NCBI GenBank assembly: GCA_964404065.1
Contig: CAYOIP010000001.1
Location: 21,721-85,720, forward strand
DNA: 64,000 nt
From: an uncultured Candidatus Peribacteria bacterium
GTDB taxonomy: Bacteria > Patescibacteriota > Gracilibacteria > BD1-5 > UBA6164
Direction: 5' to 3'
Below the pieces are notes generated by a model. The model saw nothing but the letters and a program-made list of their open reading frames with translations, did no database searches and was not told where the DNA came from. Position 1 is the first letter of the stretch; the number at the start of each line of letters is the position of its first letter. Positions 32,519 through 43,938 of the stretch are shown here, piece by piece. The position numbers and the translations under genes are program-made.

Positions 32519-33475
32519 ATGAAGAAAAAAGAAGAAAAAAAGTTTAGTGAATTGCATAAATCTGTATTATTGTGCGAGTTAGTTTGAGGAATTGAAATAA
32601 AAAAAAATGCAAAAAACATAATTGTTGATTGCACACTTTGAATGGGGTGACATGCTAGAGAAATTTTAAAAAAATTACATAAGTGAGATATATTTGTTTG
32701 ATTTGATGCTGATAAAAGAAATCTTGACATAGTAAAACCAGAACTAGAAAAAGAGTTTGAGTGAACTGGAATAGAAATTAAGTTTATAAATGATAATTTT
32801 GTAAATTTAAAATTTAGATTAAACGAAATTTGAATAGAAAAGATTACTTGAATTTACTATGATTTAGGGATTTCTTCACTTCACATAGATGAAGGTGAGA
32901 GATGATTTAGTTTCAAATTAGACGGACCACTTGATATGAGATTTGATACGAGTTATTGAATTACAGCAAAAGAAATAGTGAATTCTTACTCTAAAGATGA
33001 TTTGATAAAGATTTTTAGAGAATATGGGGAAGAGCCAAGTTCTAGAAAAATAGCTGAAGAAATAATTTTGGAAAGAAAAAAATGATTTAGATTTAAGACA
33101 ACTAAAGATTTAGCTGACATAATTTGAAAAGTTTCTAGGTTTCCAAAATCAAAAACAAGAATCTTCCAAGCTTTAAGAATAGAAACAAACAAAGAATTAG
33201 AGGTTATAAAAAAGTCTGTGAGTGACGCAATAGAAATGCTTGAAAGTGGAGGAAATATTTTTGTAATAAGTTTTCATTCGCTTGAAGATAGAATTATAAA
33301 AGACATTTTTAAAAAAGAGAGTAAGGATTGTATTTGTAGTGAATTAATATGTGTGTGCAAACACAAAAAAAAGTTAAGTGTCTTAACTAAAAAACCATTG
33401 CTTCCATCTAGTGAAGAAATAAAAGTAAATCCTAGATCTAGAAGTGCAAAAGCGAGAAATGCTAAAAAGATTTAA
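32519..33475 (+). CDS. rsmH: 16S rRNA (cytosine1402-N4)-methyltransferase RsmH
   Basis: HKSVLLCELV, DCTLGMGGHA, YDLGISSLHIDEGERGFSF, SFHSLEDRIIK. Fragment 33218-33475 is in frame. Confidence 0.9.
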
Positions 33476-33496
33476 AAAAATAACCACTACAACGAA

Positions 33497-33865
33497 ATGA
33501 ATCCAAATTTGATAATAATTAAATCCGGACATTTTAGATTTTTCTCTGAAAGAAAAACTACAAGAGAAAATTTTAAATTATGAATTAATACAACATATAT
33601 TTTGTCGCTTTTGTTTATTTGATTTTTATGAATTTATTATGTTTGGACTCTAAACATAAATGCAACAAAATGATATAATATAAGAAATTTAGAAATTCAA
33701 AAAAATAGTTTAAATGTTGAAAGAGAACTTTTAGAAGTAAAAATAGCTGAGGCAGAAAGTCTTTCAAACTTGATGGAGTGGGAATGAATTGACAATATGG
33801 AAAAAGTAGAAAATGCAGAATTTTTGGTAGTAAAAGATATGAAAAATTATGCTTTCAAATATTAA
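33497..33865 (+). CDS. FtsL-like cell-division membrane protein
   Basis: 122 aa; single TM (TTYILSLLFIGFLGIYYVW) then a coiled-coil. Sits directly after rsmH, as in dcw clusters. Confidence 0.45.
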
Positions 33866-33878
33866 AAAAAATTATACA

Positions 33879-33915
33879 AAAATAAGTCAAAATTAATTTT
33901 GACTTATTTTTTTTA
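33879..33915 (+). terminator. intrinsic terminator
   Basis: aataagtcaaaa-ttaa-ttttgacttatt followed by T-run. Confidence 0.65.
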
Positions 33916-33957
33916 TTCTTATTATTTGAATATAATTTATTTTTTATAGTTAGTTTT

Positions 33958-35076
33958 ATGGTTAGAGTTGTTTGAATTGGTAGTGAAAAACAAGAATTAA
34001 GTTTAGAGTTGAAAAGTATGTATGAAGCATATTTTAAATCAAAAGAATTTGAACTTGCTTTATTAAATGTATTAAAACTTGATGAAATTTATGGAAAATC
34101 TCCAACTATTTTAGAAGTTTTTACAAAAATTTTTGATTGAGAAAATTTAGAAAATAATGAATTTTCTTTAGTAAAAAGAGTATTTTTAGATTCTTATTTT
34201 ATGGAATCTTTATCACAAACTTTATCTGATGAAGATTTTGAAATGTTTTTTTCATATATAAAAAAAACAAATTCTAATTTAGTACTAGCTAATTGATTTT
34301 ATTACCCTTCTTCTTCTTTTAAAAAGGAAAATAAAATAGTAGTTATAACATATATTGTATGAGAATTTTTATGAGCTATTAAAAATTCATATGTTTCAAA
34401 TTTAATAAATCAAACTACTACTCAAGTAGAATGAATTATTTGAGAATATGCTGGAGAAGAAATAGAAATTATAAAACAAGCAAAAAAATATAGTGTTATA
34501 AAAATTTGAGAAGAATACAAACTATATGACAATGAAACAAAAAAGATTTTATCAGAATATTTACTTTTAAATAAAGAAATTCTCACATTAAAAAATGGAG
34601 ATTTTGTAATGATTATTACTTCAAGAAGAGATATATTTGAACAATATGCTATTTCTTTAGAAACTTGAGAGCAAATTACTCCAAGTTTTCAAATTTCATA
34701 TGACATTGAAAAATATCCAACACAAACTGTTATTTTTATTAGAACTAATTCAACTTTAGAAAAAAAACCATATAGTTTAGAAACAAAAGATTTTTTGAAT
34801 CCTGAAGTTTTTCCAGTTCCAGAAAAAAAAGATTTTTTATCTATGGATGAAGTAGATGCTTTATTAAAATGAGTCACTGGAGAGCCAGGAGGAAAAGAAC
34901 TTGCATTTCCTGATGAAGATGAATGGGCTCGGGCAATAGCAGAAATGCAACAAGATTGACCAGATATAAAAATATTTGAAACTCCAATATTAGATGAAAT
35001 AGAAAGATGACTAAATTTTAAGAGACTAGATGAAATGTGTAATTGACAAGCAAAGCCGGAAGATATAAAAAATTAA
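33958..35076 (+). CDS. hypothetical protein (372 aa)
   Basis: Open under code 25 from ATG 33958 to TAA 35074-35076. No motif recognised. Confidence 0.5.
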
Positions 35077-35085
35077 TATATAAAT

Positions 35086-35694
35086 ATGCCAGAAAGTTTA
35101 AAAAAATTGATTAATCTTATAGGTTTTTTACCTTGAGTTGGAGAAAAGTCAGCTACTAAACTTGCATTTTTTTTACTGAATTCAAATAAAAATTATCTAG
35201 AAAATCTTGCAAATTTACTAAATAATTTAAAATCAAGTATAGGAAAGTGTGAAAATTGTGGAAGTTTGGTTGATATGTGAAAAGAACTTTGTGAAATCTG
35301 CACTGATGAAAGTAGAGATAAAAATATAATTTGTGTAGTTGAAGAATATCTTGATAAAATGACAATTGAAAATTCTTGAATTTTTAATTGAACTTATCAT
35401 ATACTTGGATGAGCTATTTCACCGATAAATGGAGTTTTTATTTGAGATTTAAATTTTGAAAAATTATTTAAAAAAATTGCAGAACACGAGTGAGGTTTAG
35501 AGCTAATTATGGCTACAAACCCAAATATTGAATGAGAAGCAACGGTTCAATATATTTTATGAGAATTAGAAAAAAGATGACTTAAAAAATTTGTAAAAAT
35601 TACAAGACTTTCTAGATGACTTTCTAGTTGATATATAGAATATGCTGATAATATTACACTTATAAATTCTATAAAAGAAAGAAAAGAAATTTAA
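35086..35694 (+). CDS. recR: recombination protein RecR
   Basis: LPGVGEKSATKLAFFLL (HhH), zinc finger CENCGSLVDMGKELCEIC, Toprim ICVVEEYLDKMTIE. 202 aa. Confidence 0.9.
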
Positions 35695-35728
35695 CCCCCA
35701 CCTAACCTCCCCCTTATCAAGGGGAGGG
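35695..35728. repeat. GC-rich palindromic element, single-unit copy F, starting 1 nt after the recR stop
   Basis: cccccacctaacctcccccttatcaaggggaggg; hairpin CCTCCCC-ttatcaa-GGGGAGG. Confidence 0.85.
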
Positions 35729-35749
35729 ATTATAATTAATAAATAATTT

Positions 35750-35935
35750 ATGTCAGAATTTGCACCAGGAGGATGAATTCCAAAAATGACAAGATGACAA
35801 GTAAGAAGATATATTAAAGAAATGGAAGAAAAAAGACTTAAAGCTCAACTTGAACTTGAAAAAGCAAAACTTGCTTGAGAATTATCAAGTGATGAAGATT
35901 TAGAAGATTTAGATAAAAAAATAGATGATTTATAA
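35750..35935 (+). CDS. small hypothetical protein (61 aa, charged/coiled)
   Basis: MSEFAPGGGIPKMTRGQVRRYIKEMEEKRLKAQLELEKAKLAGELSSDEDLEDLDKKIDDL. Confidence 0.4.
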
Positions 35936-35951
35936 ATCATCTATTTTTTTG
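35921..35951. terminator. bidirectional terminator hairpin overlapping two convergent gene ends
   Basis: atagatgat-ttataa-atcatctat followed by T7. Confidence 0.5.
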
Positions 35952-36150
35952 TTACTTCAATATATGAAGGAGCTTTGTATCATTCCATAAAATTATACTC
36001 TTCTCATAATCATTCAAGTTTTCATCATTGTACTTCAATTGCCATTCTAGTAGCATCTGCAAATCAGTCTAATATATCTTGTGGGATAGGTTTTCAAGAA
36101 TTTAGTCTTGCCCACATACCATTAGTAGCATTTCATAAATTTTCACACAT
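35941..36150 (-). CDS. small hypothetical protein (69 aa)
   Basis: MCENLGNATNGMWARLNSGKPIPQDILDGFADATRMAIEVQGGKLEGLGEEYNFMEGYKAPSYIEVTKK. Weak call. Confidence 0.3.
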
Positions 36151-36206
36151 ATTTATTAAGTTAAAAAATAAGATAATATTTTATATAAAAATTTTAAAAA
36201 TCAAAT

Positions 36207-37211
36207 TTATTTTCCATATTTTTCCCACATATCAGCCATAAGTTTTACAGATTCATATGGGTAATTTCAACTTGCTGATTCTGCTGATAGCATAGTATAA
36301 GTTACTCATAAGTCAATAGCAGTATATATATCTGTCATCTCTGCTCTTGTCGGACGAGGAACTGAAATCATAGATTCAAGTACTTGAGTTGCCCAAATAC
36401 ATTCTTTTCAATATTTTTTTGAAACTTCTATAATTAATTTTTGTAATCTTGGTAATTCCAAAATATCAACTTCAACTCATAAATCTCCTCTAGCAATCAT
36501 AACTACATCTGATAATTGAACTATTTCTTCTAAATTTTTTATAGCTTCATGTCTTTCAATTTTTACAACTATTTTTGCTTTAGAGTTATTTTTTTCTAAG
36601 ATTTCTTTCAATTTTTTTACATCACCAGAGCTACGAACAAAAGATAAAGCTACATAATCAGGATTTTGAGTAATTCAAAACTCTAAATCAGCTAAATCTT
36701 TTTTTGTTAAAGGATCAATTGATAATGAAGCAGTTGAAGTATTTATTCATTTATTTGAAGATAAAACTCAATCATTTAAAAATTCTATATATAAACGATT
36801 TTGATTTTCTCTTTTTTCTAAAACTTTAGCTGAAATATATCAGTCATTGAAAAGTAGTATGTCTCAAACATTTACTTCTTTTGTTAAATGTGGGACAGAA
36901 ACATAAAGATGTTGTTTATCACAATTATTTATATTTTCTAGATCATATATTAGATGAGAACATTCTCACGTCTTAAAATTAATTGGTCAGTTAGGAAATT
37001 TTCCAAGTCTTATTTTTGGTCATTGAAGGTCAATTAATATCTTTGTTTCAGGGGATATTTTTCTTACTCTTTCTATTTTTGTTTGGTGTTCTTCATAACT
37101 TCCATGAGACATATTCATACGAGCAATTGCAATGTAAGGTAATATTTTTTTAAGCATTTCTTCATTTTCACTTGCAGGACCAATAGTTGCAACTATTTTT
37201 CTTTTAGTCAT
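36207..37211 (-). CDS. pyk: pyruvate kinase, short form (334 aa; A and B domains only)
   Basis: KIVATIGPAS, ARMNMSHGS, MIARGDLGVEV, TMLSAESASGNYP, then the protein ends 20 aa later. Confidence 0.85.
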
Positions 37212-37271
37212 TTTTTTATATTATAAATTTAAAATATTGTGTATTATATAAATTTATTTTTAAAATCAATT

Positions 37272-38279
37272 TTATTTTATCCATCAGTCAGACAAATCTT
37301 TAATAGTCTGTGCTAATTTTATAGGATCATGTCTAACTACATCACTTTCATTTACAAAATCTCTTTCAATAATTTTATAATTTTTTCATTCAAAAAGAGA
37401 AATATCTTTTAATTTTACCGGTTTTTTTCATTCTTCAATCTTATATTTTTCTACTATTTCATCACTTATATGTCAATTATTTACAAAAACATAATCAATT
37501 ACTTTTCAAGCATATTTTTCCATATTATCTATAAAATCTTTTAATTCATATGTTGTAGTTTCTCATTTTTTTGTCATGATATTACAAACATAAATTATTT
37601 TTGCAGAAGTTTTTGATAAAGCCTCTTTCATACCTTTTGATAACAAATTTGGAACTATAGAAGTGTAAAAATCTCCAGGTCCTAGTATGATAAAATCACT
37701 ACTCATTATAGCTTCATAAGCTCTTGGATTTAGTTTTCATTCTCATCCGACTAAAAAAGCATTTATTACATTTTGATTTATATTATGTGTTCTAGTAAAG
37801 TCATTTTTTGAGCTAACATCTATATATTTTTCTCAAATAATTTCTGTTCCATCTTCAAATTTTACTCAAAGATGAACATCCTCTAAAGTAACAGGAATTA
37901 CTTTTCATTCAACATCAAACATTTTGCAAGCTTCATCTAGTCAAGCCTCAAAACTTCATTTTATATGATTTAATGCAGTAAGTAGTATATTTCAAACTTT
38001 ATTTGATCAAATTACTCAAGTTTCTCAGTCAAATTTGTATTCAAAAAGTTTTCTAACTATTCCAGTATCGCGAGCCAGAGCACACATAGCTCATCTAATA
38101 TCTCAAGGAGGTAAAACTCAATATTTATCTCTTATTTCTCAAGTAGTTCCACCTGAGTCAGTCATAGCAACAATAGCTGAAAGGTTTCTTTCTTCTTCGC
38201 TAAAAATTTTTTTTAATCAATAAAGAACATTAAAAGTTCAAGCTCAACCTCAAATGGTTGTTATATTTATTTTTGTCAT
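37272..38279 (-). CDS. YvcK/CofD-family protein (gluconeogenesis factor-like, UPF0052)
   Basis: TTIGGGAGTFNVLYGLK, AMTDSGGTTGEIRDKYGVLPPGDIR, ILGPGDFYTSIVPNLL. Confidence 0.8.
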
Positions 38280-38289
38280 AATAGTTTAT

Positions 38290-38796
38290 TTATAAATTTA
38301 TATAATATCTATTTCCTTCTCAATTTTTAATTTTTTTATCAAAAATTCAACCATTATTTTGAATTACTTTGTTTGATCAAATATTTGCTACATCACATCA
38401 TAAAAAAACTTTTTCTAATCAAATCTTTTTTGCTTCTTTTAAAGCTAAAGAAAGCATTTTACTTCAATATCATTTTCATCTAAATTTTGGTGCAATTCCA
38501 TATCATATATGTCATCAAACTTCTATTAAATTAGGATGATTTATATGATGTCTTACTTGAATTGCTCAAAGTATTTCAAATTCTTTCTCATCATCAATTA
38601 GAAAAAATAAATGAGCTGGAACTTTTCAAGGCATTTCTCATAGTTCTTTATTAACATTTTCTAAAAACTCTTCAAAGTTTTTTCAATGAAATAAAACACT
38701 TGGAGAAGTTGGAATAATTTCAGATTCTCACCATTCTTTTATAAGTTTCTCATAAGCATTTTTATGAGTTTTATTTGGGAATATTAGTTGGAGCAT
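38290..38796 (-). CDS. GNAT-family N-acetyltransferase
   Basis: 168 aa; IGYGIAPKFRGKGYGSKMLSLALKEAKKIG (acetyl-CoA binding motif A). Confidence 0.7.
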
Positions 38797-38801
38797 AGAT
38801 T

Positions 38802-39362
38802 TTAATTAGTATATTCTCTTATTTTATTTACAATTTCTCTTCAAGTTATCATACTTTCTTCATTTCTACTAAAATATAAATATAAATCAGTCATAGATTT
38901 TTTTAAATTTTGTTTTTTATCATTACCTCAATTAAAAAATGTTCTAACACTTTCAATTATTTTAATTAATCCAATATTAATATCTTCTTTATCAATACTA
39001 TCTATTAAATCAATTAATCTATCAAATACCATAACTAAATCAAGTCAATAAAAATCTTCATCATTTTTATTTTCAAAAAAAGATGTTATAATATTAAATG
39101 CTCAATTTATATCTCAATATTTAATATAATTAACAAAGTTTATCATATTTTTAATTCAAAAAAAATCTTTCAATCATTTTCATATTTTCATAGCTAAAAA
39201 AGTCTCATCTTCTGTTAATCATTGTTCAGTATAAAATCTAACATGTTCTGCAATCATATTCTGAGCAAAATCTATTCTTCATTTTCAATTAGGTTTTCAA
39301 GCTAATATTAATAATCTTTGTCACATTCTTGAAAGATGTTCTTCAGGTGTTCTAGGAGGCAT
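38802..39362 (-). CDS. hypothetical protein (186 aa)
   Basis: Open under code 25. The stop lies 5 nt before the next ATG. No motif recognised. Confidence 0.45.
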
Positions 39363-39420
39363 GAGTTTAAGTTTATTAAAAAATAAGAAACTATTATAAT
39401 AAGATTAATTGTAAATCAAA

Positions 39421-41232
39421 TTATTTTTCTAATACTGCTTTTATTCTTCTAACTCATCTAGAACTGGCTTCTTCTTTTAAAATCTTAAATTTTCACATAA
39501 TTCCAGTATTTTCTACATGTGGTCATCCACAAAGTTCTCTTGAAAATATTTCTCAAGAAGGAGATTTAAATGTATAAACTTTTACGATATCAGGATATTT
39601 TTCCCAAAAACTTCATTCTACTCAGTTTTCTTTTGCAACATTTTTATCCATTTCTTCTAAAACAACTTCAGCTTGTGCTGAAATAGCTTGGTTTACATAA
39701 TCTTCTACTTCTTTCAATTGTTCAGGTGTAACTTTATCTTCATTTGTGAAATCAAATCTAAGTCTTTCAGCAGTTATATTTGATCCAGCTTGATGAACAT
39801 GATTTCATAGGACTTTTCTAAGTCATGCCAACATTAAGTGAGTAGCTGAGTGAAGAGCTGTTGTAGTTTCTGAGTGATCAGCTAATCCTCAAGCAAATTT
39901 TTGAGCAGCTCAAGCGCGTGATAATTCTTGATGTTTTTTAAAAGCTTCATTGAATCAATCAACATCAACTTTTAGTCATTTTTCTAAAGCTAACTCCTGA
40001 GTCATCTCAATTGGGAAACCAAAAGTTTGAAATAAATCAAAAGCTTCTTTTCAAGAAATTTCTGATTTATTCCCCTCTCCTTGCAGGAGAGGGGCTAGGG
40101 GTGAGGTTTTTTTATCAAACTCTCTCAATCATTTTTCTAATGTAGTTAAAAATTGTTTTTCTTCTCTATCAATCTCTTCTAAAATTATAGACTTTCTATC
40201 AAGTACATTTGTATAAATTGGTGAAAATTTTTCTATTACTTTGCTTGCAACTGGAGATAAAAATTGTCACTGAAATCCTAGTTTATATCATTGTCTGATA
40301 GCACGTCTTAAAAGTCTTCTTAAAATATATCATTGATCTACATTTGATGGAGTTACAGAGTCAGAAATCATTATAACAGAAGTTCTTAAGTGGTCTGCTA
40401 TTATTCTTACAGAATTTTTTGTATTTTCGTTATATTCAATATTTAAAGTTTTACATATAACTTCAATAATATCTGAAAAAATATCAGTTTCATAAACACT
40501 TGGAGCTCAAGTTAAAGTTCTTGTAATTCTTTCAAGTCACATTCATGTATCTACGTTTTGCATTGCTGCTTTATTAAAATTTTCATTTTCATCTTTAACA
40601 TATTCCATAAATACATTATTCCAGATTTCCATCCAGTTTTTATCATCATTTCAAACTGTGCTTTCTTTTGGTGGAAGTTCTTCTTTTCATACCCGATAAA
40701 ATATTTCAGTATCTGGTCAGCAAGGTCCTGTTGCTCCAGCTGGTCCCCACCAATTATCTTTTTTTCAAAGATAACTTATATTTGTAATTCCTAAACTTCT
40801 CCAAACATCAGCAGAAAAATCATCTTTTGGAGCATTCAAGTCTCACTCAAAAACTGTTACAGCTATTTTTTTAGGGTCAATTGCTAGCCAATCTTTTGAA
40901 GTTAAAAATTCATAAGACCATTTTATAGAATCTTCCTTGAAATAATCTCAAAGCGACCAATTTCCAAGCATTTCAAAAAATGTTAAGTGAGTATTATCTC
41001 AAACATCTTCTATATCTCAAGTTCTTATACATTTTTGATAATCAGCTAACCTTTTTCCAAGAGGGTGTTTTTCTCATAACAAATATGGAACCAAAGGTTG
41101 CATTCCGGCAGTATTAAATAAAACAGTTGGATCATTTTCAGGAACTACTGAAGCAGAAGGGATGATAGAATGATTTTTTGATAAGAAAAAATCAATATAT
41201 TTTTGTCTAATTTCATGACTTGTAATTTGCAT
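39421..41232 (-). CDS. alaS: alanine--tRNA ligase, short form (603 aa) with a repeat-derived insert
   Basis: The N-terminal two thirds was translated line by line. [27 protein letters not shown] (Trp=TGG and Gly=TGA in one motif), GPCGPDTEIFY, editing-domain HSATHLM and CGGPHV. Confidence 0.95.
40072..40106. repeat. GC-rich palindromic element, single-unit copy G, inside the alaS CDS in frame
   Basis: cccctctccttgcaggagaggggctaggggtgagg (24 of 35 nt are G/C by count). Translated as [12 protein letters not shown]. Confidence 0.9.
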
Positions 41233-41449
41233 ATTATAAAATATAAAAATGTAAAAATGTAGGGAACAAATATTTTTGTTCCAACCAAATAAAGTTGAGC
41301 TTTATTATAGTAAAAAACTTTATTTTTCAAATATAAAATCATATTTTAATTATTAGACAATTTTATATATGTTTGTCAATACTAGATTTTGGTAAAAGAA
41401 GAGGGAATATGGTAAAATTTTTAGGAATTTAATAATAATATTTAAAAAA

Positions 41450-43612
41450 ATGAATCCAGTTGAAGAGTGAATTTATAAATATAAAAATTACTGAGAACTA
41501 TCAAGCGAGGTATGAAAATATAATGAAATTCAAAGTGCATTAAAAGAATGATGGGAAATTTTACTTGCCATAGAAGCAAAGTATTGAAAAGATAGTGCTT
41601 TATATAGACAATTTGAAAAAGAATATAGAGATTTATATGAAACTATAAAATCATCTTTTGAAGACGATAAAAAATTTTCTCAGGAAGAAAGAGCAAAAAT
41701 TATATTTGAGTTATGAGATGTAGTTTTATTAGCACAAAAAGAGTGAATCAGAGAAAAAAAAGCTTGGTATAGTAGATTATGAGATTGGGCGAAAGGAACA
41801 AATACAAATGAAGTAAAACAAAAAGCAGAAGCTTTAAGAGATAAAAAAGTTGAAGATTTTTCAGTTGATGAAGCAATATCAGCTATGAATTATTTAAGTG
41901 TTAATTATAAAAATTATGATGAAACTTCAAAATGAGAAGATAATGTTTCAAAGGCTAAAAGATGAGCAGCACAACTGTTATGAAGTTATTCAACAATAAA
42001 TGAACTTGATGATAGGCATGAAGTTAGATTATTTCAAGATAAATTAATTCAAAAAATATTTTGAAATGAAGTTAGCTTTAATGATAAATATATAGTTTGA
42101 TTCAATAATGAAAGATGAAACTATTTAGTTACTATTTGAGATTTTGAAAAACAACTAAAATGATGAATAAAAGTTTGAGATATAAACTCAAGAGCTTTAT
42201 GAAACTACTTTTTATATTTAAAAAATCAAAATAGACTTGAAACAACAAATTTATTAAATATTTTTGGTCCAGATGTGTTGTTTGAATTGGCAAAAATATG
42301 GTGAGAAAGTAATGATACAGACACAAAATATGCGTTTAATTATTTGAAAGATAATTGAGGATGAGAAATTTTAGATATCATAAAACTTTTTTCTTCACCA
42401 GATGTATTTTTAAAAGAAGCGTATAAGCTAAAAAACAATCCCAAAAAAGCAGAACTTGCTTTAGAATTATTAAACAAAAATTTGAATTCTATAAAGGAAC
42501 AATTTAAAAAAGATTTGAAGGAAAAATTTAAAAAATCAAATCCAAATATGTCTGAAAGTGAAATTGACAAGATAATTGAAGAAATGTTTGATGAATTAAT
42601 GAGGTATAAAGACCTAAATTGACTTCTAGATATTTATAAAACTTTTGATGAATATAATAAGAAATATAAATTATGACTTGATATAAATAAAGAAGCTGAG
42701 GAATTATTAAAACAAAAAACTCTGAATTTAAAAACTCAAATATTGAAAAATTCTCAAGAACTTGAATTTGCAAAAAAAGAATGAAATAATAATAAAGTTC
42801 AAGAATTAGAGAAAAATCAAAAAAAATTAGAATTAGAATTAAGTGATCTAAAATTAGCCGGGAAAGCAAACCAAAAATTTACTAATCAAGATATTTCAGA
42901 TTTTGTTTCATGAAAAAAGGAAATTTCTAAAGCTATAGAAGAGTTCATAAAAAATGACAAAGAATTTGCAAAGTTATACGATCAAGTTGATAAAGAAAAA
43001 AAACAATATGAAGGAAAATATTGAGAGGAGGGAAAACAAGAAAATAAGTTTCAAGAAATTAAAGTTTCAAATAAACAAATTGATTATGGGGATGGAACTG
43101 TTATTGAATATAAAGAAAGTTGATGAAATTATTTAATTAATACTTCATATAATAAAATAAAAGTTAATCATCAAGAATTTTTAATTATATCTTCTTCAAA
43201 AGAGGCGCTTAAAAATTTAGTTAAATTTAGAGAAACTTTAGATGAGTTAAATTTAAGTTGATTATGGAGATATAGAGAACAAATTTTTAAATGAATTGCT
43301 AATAAATATGTTATTAATTTTAACTTAAAAGATAATTATTTATGAGAAAATGAAATGAAAATATTTTTACTTGCAATTTTAAAATCCGTTTGAATAGAAC
43401 CTAAAAGTAAAACCAATTTTACTGTTTTAAAACAATGAATTATGGAGAAAAATAATTCTTGAATTTTTAATAATCAAAAAGAAATTAATAGATATTTTGA
43501 AAGTATGCTTGATAAGGAATTTATTTCTAGATTTGATTCTAATAGAAATGGGTCTTTTAATTTTCAGGCATTTTCTGATAGTTTAGATTGATTAGCTTGA
43601 ATAAGAGTTTAA
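41450..43612 (+). CDS. hypothetical K/E/N-rich protein (720 aa)
   Basis: Every codon was checked and is open under code 25. No TM, long coiled-coil-like stretches, EF-hand-like DSNRNGSFNFQAF near the C-terminus. Confidence 0.6.
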
Positions 43613-43614
43613 TT

Positions 43615-43929
43615 ATGGAAAGAAAAAATATAGAAACAAGAATAATAAATATTCTAAAATATATAAATCATCCGATTACAGAAAAACTAGAACAATCTCT
43701 AAGTCTTTTTACTATACAAGAATTAACTCAAATTTTAGAATATTTAGAAACTTGAACCTTAAATCCAATTTATGATTTTTTAGAAGATAAGAAAAAAGAA
43801 TATTTAGAAATATTAGAATTCTTAAAATTTAAAAATAGATATGTTAAACTTAATTCTCTAAAAGTAAAAGAAAGATTTGAGTCAGAAAATGACAAACAAG
43901 AAATAGAACTTATTGATTTTAATTTTTAA
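43615..43929 (+). CDS. hypothetical protein (104 aa)
   Basis: The ATG lies 2 nt after the upstream TAA. MERKNIETRIINILKYINHPITEKLEQSL... Confidence 0.5.
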
Positions 43930-43938
43930 AAAATATTT

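Noticed and set aside
35941-36150. The 69-aa ORF as the detached C-terminal domain of pyruvate kinase.
   Set aside because: It shows no recognisable similarity to the PK C-domain. It is kept only as a low-confidence hypothetical CDS.
41262-41283. Hairpin GGAACAAA-tatt-TTTGTTCC upstream of alaS as a T-box or attenuator.
   Set aside because: It is far too short for a T-box and has no specifier or antiterminator architecture. It could be an operator, but I have no supporting evidence.
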